From NCBI GenBank assembly GCA_964631265.1, contig CAZVWW010000003.1:1-62230 (forward strand): 62,230 nt of DNA, in the 5' to 3' direction. Below, piece by piece: positions 48,332-56,457 of the stretch (the first letter of the stretch is position 1; each line of letters begins with the position of its first letter). The translations under genes were made by a program, and so were the position numbers. This DNA comes from an uncultured Thermotogaceae bacterium. Its GTDB lineage: Bacteria > Thermotogota > Thermotogae > MWEM01. The notes beneath the pieces are model-generated. The model saw nothing but the letters and a program-made list of their open reading frames with translations, did not search any database and had not been told where the DNA came from.

Positions 48332-49384
48332 ATGCCGGAACAACTATTGCCAATAAGATTCACCGGAGACGCACTTGAGGTGCTCGACCAACGATTACTG
48401 CCCGGTGAGATAAAATTCAACAGGAGAAAGACAATCCGGGAGATGTTTCATGCGATCAAGGATATGGAACTACGCGGCGCACCGTTAATCGGAATATCAG
48501 CCGCTTATGGAATGTATCTGTCCATAAAGGATGTTCCCTTTTCCGATTATTCAGAATTAAAAGAAACGGTCAAGGAAAACGGCCGGTTTCTTTCACAAGC
48601 CCGGCCGACTGCTGTTAATCTTGTTTGGGCCATTGAAAGAATGAATCAACTTGTTTCTGATAACAGTGATCGCTCTGTGGATGAAATAAAAGAACTAATG
48701 CTGGAAGAGGCGAAAACGATCAACGATGAAGACATCGGGATTTGCCGGGGTATAGGCGAGAATCTGCTTACGCTTCTCAAAGACGGTATGGGTCTTCTCA
48801 CGCATTGCAACGCCGGCGGCCTTGCAACATACAAATATGGCACGGCAACCTCGCCAATGTATCTCGGACACGAGCGAGGTATGCAATTTAGGGTCTTTGC
48901 GGATGAAACCCGTCCCTATAATCAGGGAGCAAGATTGACGGCCTTTGAATTGCAACAGGCCGGTATAGATGTTACACTGATATGTGACAACATGGCGGGT
49001 GTTGTTATGTCCCAGGGCAAGGTGGATGCTGTTATTGTCGGATGCGATAGAGTGGCAGCCAACGGTGATACGGCCAATAAGATTGGAACGATGACGTTGA
49101 GTGTGCTGGCAAAGGCATTTGACATTCCTTTTTATATAGCGGCTCCCACCCCTACAATCGATATGAATACCGGGACGGGAGAAGAAATCCCCATTGAGGA
49201 GAGGCCGCACGAGGAAATCACCATGTTCAGAGGCCAAAGAGTTGCCCCGGAGGGGGTCAAAGTCTATAATCCCGCTTTTGATGTCACGCCCGGTGAGAAC
49301 ATTACCGCCATTGTAACTGAGAGAGGCATTGTCAAGCCTCCGTTCGGTAAAAACCTCAGAAATCTACTGAAGGCGAAAACCTAA
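48332..49384 (+). CDS. mtnA: S-methyl-5-thioribose-1-phosphate isomerase (eIF-2B alpha/beta/delta family)
   Basis: ATG 48332 follows GAGGAGAGTGAGG. Motifs are ..VLDQRLLP.., ..RGAPLIGI.., ..RPTAVNL.., ..THCNAGGLAT.., ..ETRPYNQGARLTA.. and ..GCDRVAANGDTANKIGT.. Confidence 0.88.
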   Translation: MPEQLLPIRFTGDALEVLDQRLLPGEIKFNRRKTIREMFHAIKDMELRGAPLIGISAAYGMYLSIKDVPFSDYSELKETVKENGRFLSQARPTAVNLVWAIERMNQLVSDNSDRSVDEIKELMLEEAKTINDEDIGICRGIGENLLTLLKDGMGLLTHCNAGGLATYKYGTATSPMYLGHERGMQFRVFADETRPYNQGARLTAFELQQAGIDVTLICDNMAGVVMSQGKVDAVIVGCDRVAANGDTANKIGTMTLSVLAKAFDIPFYIAAPTPTIDMNTGTGEEIPIEERPHEEITMFRGQRVAPEGVKVYNPAFDVTPGENITAIVTERGIVKPPFGKNLRNLLKAKT

Positions 49385-49400
49385 ATCAAGGTGGGATTCC

Positions 49401-50171
49401 ATGTGGATTGATACCCACACGCATATGTGGAATGACAGATTCAGCGAAGACAGGGACACACTGTTAAATGAACTCGGCAAAGACCTGAAGTATATCGTGG
49501 ATATCGGAGTGGATCGAAAGACATCGGAGCAATCGGTTAAACTCTCTTATATGAATGATTATGTCTATTCAGTTGTAGGGGTACATCCACATGATGCAGC
49601 GAATATGACTGAGGATGATTTTGAGAAAATAACGTCACTGGCTTATATGGATAAAGTCGTTGCAATCGGCGAGGTCGGTTTGGATTATTATCGGGATCTA
49701 TCCCCGAGAGATGTTCAAAAGATTGTCTTTGCAAGGTTTTTAAATCTTGCAAAATCCGTTAAACTTCCGGTTGTGGTCCATGTCAGGGATGCCTATGATG
49801 AAGCAATTGACATTATACAAACGGAAGGATTATCCGTTGAAAGAGGGGTCATCCACAGCTTTATGTCGAATTACGAAGATGCCAGGACCTTTTTGGATAT
49901 GGGGATGTATCTTGGTATTGGTGGTCCCCTGACCTTTAAAAAGAATCATGAGCTGAGAGATACGATTAAAAAGGTTCCGATAGAGAGAATCGTGACCGAG
50001 ACCGATTGTCCCTATCTGACACCGGCCCCCAAGAGAGGGCATAGGAACGAGCCGGGGTTTGTACGATATGTTGTTGACAAGATAGCTGAAATAAAGGATT
50101 TGCCAAAGATGGATGTACAGGAGTGTCTGTGTGAAAACGCAGTCGAACTATTCACATTACCAAAATGTTGA
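49401..50171 (+). CDS. tatD: TatD-family metal-dependent hydrolase
   Basis: N-terminal WIDTHTHM, plus ..GEVGLDYY.., ..VVHVRDA.., ..IHSF.. and ..ETDCPYL.. Confidence 0.88.
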   Translation: MWIDTHTHMWNDRFSEDRDTLLNELGKDLKYIVDIGVDRKTSEQSVKLSYMNDYVYSVVGVHPHDAANMTEDDFEKITSLAYMDKVVAIGEVGLDYYRDLSPRDVQKIVFARFLNLAKSVKLPVVVHVRDAYDEAIDIIQTEGLSVERGVIHSFMSNYEDARTFLDMGMYLGIGGPLTFKKNHELRDTIKKVPIERIVTETDCPYLTPAPKRGHRNEPGFVRYVVDKIAEIKDLPKMDVQECLCENAVELFTLPKC

Positions 50172-50195
50172 ATACAATAACAGGAGGTGTTTAAC

Positions 50196-51206
50196 TTGGA
50201 AGGGGATTTTGAGAATAATCAACAACCTACTCCGAGTGATAGAATCAAGAAGTTTTTGGGTGGTTTCTCAATCCTGGTTATCATTATTATTATCGGTATC
50301 TATTTCGCAACCGGGATCTACCAGATTGGACCATCAGATGTCGGACTGGTCAAACGATTTGGTAAGTTTGTGAGAATGCATCAACCGGGTATCAACTATC
50401 ATCTACCGGCACCGTTTGAGTCAGTGGTCATTGTTGATATCAGAAGCCTGAGAAAGATTGAGATCGGTTTCAGAACAACAACACCGGGTCGGTACACGGA
50501 TGTTGCAAAGGAATCACTAATGATGACCGGCGACAACAATTTTGCGGATGTTGAGACAGCCGTACAGTACAAGGTCAAGGATCCGGTGAAGTTTGCCTTT
50601 AATGTGAAGGATCCAAATCAGATTGTCAAATTTGTCTCAGAGGCCACCATACGTGAGAGAGTGGCTCAGCGTTCAATCAGTGAGGTGCTGACCACGGATC
50701 GCGATGCCATTGCCTTTGAAGCACAGACAGGGATTCAGGAGGTCCTTGACAAATATGGAGTTGGTATAAAGGTCGAGAATGTCCGGCTTCAGGAAGTCAA
50801 TCCTCCCGATCAGGTGCTTGCGGCATTTGATGATGTCAACAGTGCGCTTCAGGATCAGCAGAAGATCACGAACCAAGCCCAGAGTTATTACAACGATATT
50901 GTACCAAGAGCCCAGGGACAGGCATCGGAGACCGTTCAGGAAGCAAGAGCCTACAAGGGGGTTCGTGTGCTGGGTGCCGAGGGTGAAGTGGCAAGATTCA
51001 ACAAGATCCTGGAAAGATATATTAACGCACCCGAGATAACCCGGACAAGGCTGTATATTGAGACAATGGAACGTATCCTGCCGAACAGTAAGAAGATCCT
51101 TCTATTAGGGGAAGAGCAAAGTGGGAACACCCTTAATTTCCTTGACCTGGAGAAGATATTCGCAGAGGGTTCGGTTTCAGAAAATAACCGAGGTGAGAAC
51201 AAATGA
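50196..51206 (+). CDS. hflK: FtsH protease modulator HflK (SPFH/band-7)
   Basis: An N-terminal anchor plus an SPFH domain (..YQIGPSDVGLVKRFGKF..). TTG 50196 sits 9 nt after AGGAG. The track's GTG 50187 directly abuts the RBS. Confidence 0.82.
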   Translation: MEGDFENNQQPTPSDRIKKFLGGFSILVIIIIIGIYFATGIYQIGPSDVGLVKRFGKFVRMHQPGINYHLPAPFESVVIVDIRSLRKIEIGFRTTTPGRYTDVAKESLMMTGDNNFADVETAVQYKVKDPVKFAFNVKDPNQIVKFVSEATIRERVAQRSISEVLTTDRDAIAFEAQTGIQEVLDKYGVGIKVENVRLQEVNPPDQVLAAFDDVNSALQDQQKITNQAQSYYNDIVPRAQGQASETVQEARAYKGVRVLGAEGEVARFNKILERYINAPEITRTRLYIETMERILPNSKKILLLGEEQSGNTLNFLDLEKIFAEGSVSENNRGENK

Positions 51207-52090
51207 AAAAATTAATATGGACGATCGCAATCTTTATACTGTTCTTCATCGTTTTCTCACTGGTAACTTATCAGGTGGATGAAACACAGGTTGCCCTACG
51301 GTCAAGATTTGGTAAGATTGTGGAAACCAATCCGGATCCCGGACTGTATTACAAAGTGCCGTTTATCGACAAGATATTGATTCGTGACAGCAGGCTACAG
51401 CTCTATGATATACCCGCTGAGAACATCCTCACAACAGACAAGAAACGTCTGGAAGTGGATACCTATGTGCTTTGGAGAATCTCGGAACCGAAGCAATTTG
51501 TTGAGACATTGAGGACATTGAGATCGGCTGTAACCCGTATCGATGACGTTGTTTATTCGCTGATAAGGGATAAGTTTGCCAATATCTACATTGTTGATAT
51601 TATCTCAGAGAGAAGAAGAGCGACTTTGAACAACATTACCAATACCGCGGAAGAGACTCTGTCGGATTACGGTATTGAGATCATTGATGTGGATGTCAAG
51701 CGAACAGATCTGCCGAAAGCCAATGCTCAAGCTGTCTTTGACAGGATGAAATCCGAGAGGAAGAAAGAAGCCAATCTCATCAGAGCAGAAGGGGAGAGAG
51801 CTGCACAAGACATCAGAGCCAGGGCACAGAAAGATGCAGATATCATAAAAGCTGAAGCTAATAAAACAGCTGAGGAACTTCGTGGAGAAGGCGATGCAGA
51901 AGCCTTGGCGATTTACGCAAAGTCTTTCTCGCAGGACCCGGAATTTTATCGTTTCTGGAGGATCTTAACCGCATATGAAAAATCCTTTAAGTCCGGCTCA
52001 TCGATTGTGATGGGAAAAGACATGCAATTCCTGAAAGAATTTTACGGAGGATCTCAAGAATTAGAGAGAAGAATCCAGGAAAAAGAATAA
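51203..52090 (+). CDS. hflC: FtsH protease modulator HflC (SPFH/band-7)
   Basis: ATGA overlap with hflK. It has an N-terminal anchor, an SPFH domain and a C-terminal coiled coil (..EANLIRAEGERAAQDIRA..). Confidence 0.85.
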   Translation: MKKLIWTIAIFILFFIVFSLVTYQVDETQVALRSRFGKIVETNPDPGLYYKVPFIDKILIRDSRLQLYDIPAENILTTDKKRLEVDTYVLWRISEPKQFVETLRTLRSAVTRIDDVVYSLIRDKFANIYIVDIISERRRATLNNITNTAEETLSDYGIEIIDVDVKRTDLPKANAQAVFDRMKSERKKEANLIRAEGERAAQDIRARAQKDADIIKAEANKTAEELRGEGDAEALAIYAKSFSQDPEFYRFWRILTAYEKSFKSGSSIVMGKDMQFLKEFYGGSQELERRIQEKE

Positions 52091-52164
52091 GATTCTGTTC
52101 TATTTCAAAAGAGATAGAATTTGAAAGACAAATAAAAAGATCGCGTTTTATTGGTTCGGCCAGG

Positions 52165-52764
52165 ATGGTTCAGTCTGAGAAACAGGCTAAGGCGTTCGTG
52201 GCCGAACGTTCTACTTTACATCAATCAGCTTCGCACAATTGCTGGGCGTATTCTGTTGGATTGGATACTACTCCCCTTGAATATTTTTCTGATGACGGGG
52301 AGCCTTCAGGATCTGCAGGCAAGCCCATTCTTGGAGCAATCGAAAGACTTCAACTCCTGAATACGGTCGTCGTTGTAACGCGATATTTCGGTGGCACAAA
52401 ACTGGGAGTTCGTGGTCTCATAGATGCTTATGGGAAGACCGCTTCAATCTGTCTCGAGAATTCCGGCATCTACAAATATGAGATTTGTGAGAAACTCATC
52501 ATCAGAGCCGGCTATTCTGAATGGAACAGAATTGAATATGAGTTGAATAACAGTGCTATTCCAATTGATCAAAACACACTCGAGTTTATGGCAGATGTTA
52601 AACTATCAGTGCTGATTCCTCTTTCAAAAAAAGATATCATCGATCAGCTTTTGACCAAGTATAAAAAAAGCGGCCTATCTGTGGATTATGAATGGACTTC
52701 AAATAGGTTTTACAATCCCGTTGAAGCAAATCAGACACAGAAAACTAAAAGGAGTCAATCATGA
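52165..52764 (+). CDS. yigZ: IMPACT / YigZ (UPF0029) family protein; true start probably upstream of the first ATG
   Basis: Core motifs are ..ASHNCWAYSVG.. and ..DDGEPSGSAGKPIL..VVVTRYFGGTKLG.. The conserved N-terminal strand (..QIKRSRFIGSA..) is encoded in-frame at 52129-52161, before ATG 52165. Confidence 0.75.
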   Translation: MVQSEKQAKAFVAERSTLHQSASHNCWAYSVGLDTTPLEYFSDDGEPSGSAGKPILGAIERLQLLNTVVVVTRYFGGTKLGVRGLIDAYGKTASICLENSGIYKYEICEKLIIRAGYSEWNRIEYELNNSAIPIDQNTLEFMADVKLSVLIPLSKKDIIDQLLTKYKKSGLSVDYEWTSNRFYNPVEANQTQKTKRSQS

Positions 52765-55157
52765 GGATTTGGGAAAGTCTTATTTTTGTTTTTTCTCTTA
52801 TGGGATCAAATTTTATCATTCTCAGAAAGATACTTTTCTTTGAAGAAAAGACCAGAATCAGCCCGCCATATTATATTATCGCTTTGGGGTTTCCCATATT
52901 GTACGGGGCCGCGTTCTTTTACTCGGGACAGGTTTCACAGAATTTCAGTATGGTGGCTTATGGCGTGTTTTTTATCAACAATGTCTGGTTATTGGTATTC
53001 CTGCGGAACGCCATCGTATCATATAACAGAACTTTAGCCATTGGGAAGTATTTTCTGTGGACGATTATTGGATTTCTCATTCCGGTATCAGCCATCCTTT
53101 TTGTGAACCCGACGGGAGAATTTACACAGATCATTTTCAATACCTCGTATTTACTCGGATTGTTTCCGATGAGCATATTTGTCTCTATGCTTCTCGGCGT
53201 TTCCGTTGATTCGACCTTTTGGGGGGTCGTCTCGGCCATCTTTTTCTTTTCGATTGATTTTGCCTTGAGGACGGGATTCTTCCCCTTTATACCTCAAGAT
53301 TACCATCTGGTTTCATCTGAAGTCTTCAGATTAGCTGCGATTGCCTTATGCTCACAGATAACAGTCTTTGGCAGACAGATTGAAAAAAACAAAGACTATG
53401 AGCCGGTAAAAGGCACTAAACGGTTAAATAATCTTCTTTTCATGCTCTTGACGATCTTTCCGGTCATGATTTTCTATACATCTTTCTGGCAGGTTAACAT
53501 CAATCACAGACAGCTTCAGGAGAATGAGATGAAGACATCAAAGGAGATCTTTCATCTCTCGCTTCATAAACTTGAGGATTATTCTAATCGTTTCTCCCGG
53601 TTGATTGAAGATGCAGCTAATTCAACGAATATTGCCAGAGCTCAATGGAAGCTGAACTCAATCAAGTTGGCCAATCCCGAGATCAAATCATCGCAGATCA
53701 TCATGGATAATGTTATGCCGTTTGAGGGTAAGATGATTCAACTGGGAAAGAACGAAATGATCTATTATTCTGACAGCTCAGAGGCCTGGGGCATTAAGAT
53801 TACAATCGACACAACAAAGATCTATTCACAACTGCCCTTGAAAAATGACCATCAGTTCTATGTCTTCAGTAATGATGAAGCGATTATCGCCCCGCCTGGT
53901 TCAACGATTGATCAGACAACGCTTTCATTCCAGAATAAGTATCAATATGCCTTTGAGACCACAAAGACATTGTTCGGCCAAAAGTTGAACGCCGTTATGA
54001 TCTTTCAAACCTCGGAGCCCGGGATCGATAGCTTTACCCTTTACTTTATTCTCTTTTCAATGTTCGTGCTCGTCTTGATATGGTCTTTTTACGGTTACTA
54101 TATGAATAACTGGGAAGGTGAGGTTAAGCGAACACTACTCAAAGCAGATGACCGGGCAGCTGAATACGAGGAGAAAATGAAACAGTTGCGGAGTTCAATG
54201 AATTATATGAACAGGGATTTAAACCTTAGAGATATCAGAATAGAGGATATTGCCTACCGCTATTCATTACTCTTTGACTTTTTGAGTAACATTGATTTCG
54301 AGCAGAAACCGGTTATCACAATCGGAAGTTTCTTTGAGCGGTTAAAAAAAAGCTTGCCGTTTATAGATGATCTTTATCTTCTACAGAAACAACCTGACTA
54401 TCATACCATCATTGCCTCTTCAAATACGATGAGAAATGGATCTGTGGCGATTCTTGAAAAGGATAATATCGAGAAGAAGAATTTGAATCATTACACGATG
54501 GTCTTTAAGGACAAAACGGAGATTGAAGGCATTGGATATGAGAATCCGGAAGGCGGGTTTGCATCACCATTTCGAATTATCATTAACACACAAAAAGAGG
54601 CTAATGAGATATACAATCTTCAAGGGTTTGTCCAATACCTCTTCAGTATCTGTGTCCTGTTTATCAGACAATATGAGTTACTAAGAAAAAACGAACGGGC
54701 CTTTGAGAAGTCCGTTTCGATTATTGACCTGGTTATACAACTGAATAAGCTTGAGACATTTGCCGAAGAGTGGTTGATAACATTGATAAAAGGGATAGAA
54801 AAGATTTTTGATAACCCCATGCTCTGTGGATTTTACACTTTGGAGGATAATAAAATCACTTTAAGGTATCTGAAAGATGAAAAAACAGTTTTAAAGGCGT
54901 ATAATGCAGATGATGAGGAGCGGATATTTGAGAAGATGAACAACCAGTTTCCGTTCTTTGAGAACATCGAACCGTCATTAAGTCTTACTGGAAAAGCCAG
55001 GACCGTTGGCTTGATCCCTGCTTATCATGACAGTGAGAACTCAGATCACCCATCTGTTGGAATTTACCTTGAGTTCTCTCATTATCGAGTGTTTTCTCAA
55101 CGAGAAAGAGAACTTGCTTTCCTACTCGGAAAGTTGATTATTGGGGAACGATCATGA
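52761..55157 (+). CDS. 798-aa multi-pass membrane protein with extracytoplasmic loop domain and cytoplasmic GAF-like region; no recognisable output domain
   Basis: GGAG lies 6 nt before the ATG, which forms an ATGA overlap with yigZ. By eye, the domain order is:
- about 8 N-terminal hydrophobic helices
- a soluble segment of about 190 aa
- one more TM helix (FTLYFILFSMFVLVLIWSFYGYY)
- a coiled coil
- a soluble region of about 330 aa
I find no kinase, GGDEF, EAL, HD, PP2C or MA motifs. Confidence 0.7.
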   Translation: MRIWESLIFVFSLMGSNFIILRKILFFEEKTRISPPYYIIALGFPILYGAAFFYSGQVSQNFSMVAYGVFFINNVWLLVFLRNAIVSYNRTLAIGKYFLWTIIGFLIPVSAILFVNPTGEFTQIIFNTSYLLGLFPMSIFVSMLLGVSVDSTFWGVVSAIFFFSIDFALRTGFFPFIPQDYHLVSSEVFRLAAIALCSQITVFGRQIEKNKDYEPVKGTKRLNNLLFMLLTIFPVMIFYTSFWQVNINHRQLQENEMKTSKEIFHLSLHKLEDYSNRFSRLIEDAANSTNIARAQWKLNSIKLANPEIKSSQIIMDNVMPFEGKMIQLGKNEMIYYSDSSEAWGIKITIDTTKIYSQLPLKNDHQFYVFSNDEAIIAPPGSTIDQTTLSFQNKYQYAFETTKTLFGQKLNAVMIFQTSEPGIDSFTLYFILFSMFVLVLIWSFYGYYMNNWEGEVKRTLLKADDRAAEYEEKMKQLRSSMNYMNRDLNLRDIRIEDIAYRYSLLFDFLSNIDFEQKPVITIGSFFERLKKSLPFIDDLYLLQKQPDYHTIIASSNTMRNGSVAILEKDNIEKKNLNHYTMVFKDKTEIEGIGYENPEGGFASPFRIIINTQKEANEIYNLQGFVQYLFSICVLFIRQYELLRKNERAFEKSVSIIDLVIQLNKLETFAEEWLITLIKGIEKIFDNPMLCGFYTLEDNKITLRYLKDEKTVLKAYNADDEERIFEKMNNQFPFFENIEPSLSLTGKARTVGLIPAYHDSENSDHPSVGIYLEFSHYRVFSQRERELAFLLGKLIIGERS

Positions 55158-55705
55158 CAGAAGATGTTTTGTGTCAATCCAAGATCAAATTGTTTTTAAT
55201 CGTACTGACTGTCACTTTGATCCCGACAGTCTTTTCGTTTGAAAAGAGTACGTATGATTTAAAGTCCTATTCAGAAAGTGTCTTCAAGAGGCTTGAGACA
55301 GTGATGAATCAAAAGTTCGACTCACCCCTCGTGACATGTGTTGAATATGACTCCCTTTCTGAATTTATAAATGAAACAGGTGCTCCCTTTTTTATTAAGG
55401 GATTTTCAAATGAGAATGGAATCTTTATCCAAAGTAGAAGCCTTTTAGGTGCACAGTTCGAAAAGACATTGCTGCATGAATTGATGCATTTTACGCTGAA
55501 GGCGAATGTGAATATCCCCCGCTGGTTTGAGGAGGGACTTATCTGTCATATAACTGATGAGCTCGCAGGAAGCAGAATCGCTCCAATGGAAGATGTTGAA
55601 TCCTTTGTTCCCTCAGAAGCGGGAAACAACTGGGAACTAACGTCCTATTCATTGGGTTGTCTAAAAAAGGTAAGAGAGATTTTGGAACTTGAGGAGGGAC
55701 TTTGA
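55154..55705 (+). CDS. membrane-anchored/secreted MA-clan (gluzincin-like) metallopeptidase domain protein
   Basis: ATGA overlap with the upstream gene. An N-terminal hydrophobic anchor is followed by LLHELMHFTL..(8)..PRWFEEGL. This is an HExxH motif plus a downstream W-x-EEG glutamate, as in Peptidase_MA_2-type domains. Confidence 0.65.
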   Translation: MTEDVLCQSKIKLFLIVLTVTLIPTVFSFEKSTYDLKSYSESVFKRLETVMNQKFDSPLVTCVEYDSLSEFINETGAPFFIKGFSNENGIFIQSRSLLGAQFEKTLLHELMHFTLKANVNIPRWFEEGLICHITDELAGSRIAPMEDVESFVPSEAGNNWELTSYSLGCLKKVREILELEEGL

Positions 55706-56457
55706 TGGTTTATCCGGTACAGAGACCCACAAGATATAAGAGAAAAAAACAGAAAAAGAGGAAAAAATGGCCTGTTGTGGTTTTAACTGTCATTTTGGTT
55801 ATTGCGGCAGCGATCATTTTTCTTTATTTTTCTTATAACCGTTTAAACGGATCAAAAGCGATGCAGGATGATGTTGTTGATTTCCTGTTCTACCTGGAGG
55901 AAAGAGACGAGATCTTCTTAATCAGAACCGATAAAAAGGAAAAAATCAATTATCTGATATCAATTCCCAGTATTGCCTATGAACCGATAATGGCAATATC
56001 ACTAGACCGTGATTCCCCGAAGGACATGTATCGCTCGGCTGAGAAGTTATTTGGCGAATCGGATATGAGCTTTTTCTCCACCATTGATCAAGGATCCTTT
56101 GATCGTATCGTGGAACTCTCAAACAAGAAAGAGAATCACCCATATGGTGAAATAACAGTCGATCAGTTTGCCGCTTATTTGAAAGACATCGAGCTGGGAA
56201 TTTTTGAGTTTATTTTCTTTCCTGAAGTCGGACGATTCACCAAAGTACAAAAGCAGGATAACTTTACCAAAAACGGTGGTTACAGACTTTTGTACAACGT
56301 AGACAGGTACGCGAATAAATCTATTCCACTTGACTACATGACAGAAAAACCGGTGCGGATAACGGTAATGGATCAGAACGGTAAAGAGACGGAGTATCAG
56401 CGTCTGTATATTGATTACAAGAGTCTTGAAACAATCAAGGAGTTTATGCATCAATGA
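55705..56457 (+). CDS. membrane-anchored LCP-like protein lacking the LCP catalytic residues (putative pseudo-enzyme)
   Basis: ATG 55705 lies 7 nt after GGAGG and overlaps the upstream stop (TGATG). The order is a basic tail (RYKRKKQKKRKK), a TM helix, then an ectodomain. The ectodomain blocks align by eye to the neighbouring LCP but carry substitutions at the Arg/Asp positions. Confidence 0.5.
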   Translation: MVYPVQRPTRYKRKKQKKRKKWPVVVLTVILVIAAAIIFLYFSYNRLNGSKAMQDDVVDFLFYLEERDEIFLIRTDKKEKINYLISIPSIAYEPIMAISLDRDSPKDMYRSAEKLFGESDMSFFSTIDQGSFDRIVELSNKKENHPYGEITVDQFAAYLKDIELGIFEFIFFPEVGRFTKVQKQDNFTKNGGYRLLYNVDRYANKSIPLDYMTEKPVRITVMDQNGKETEYQRLYIDYKSLETIKEFMHQ

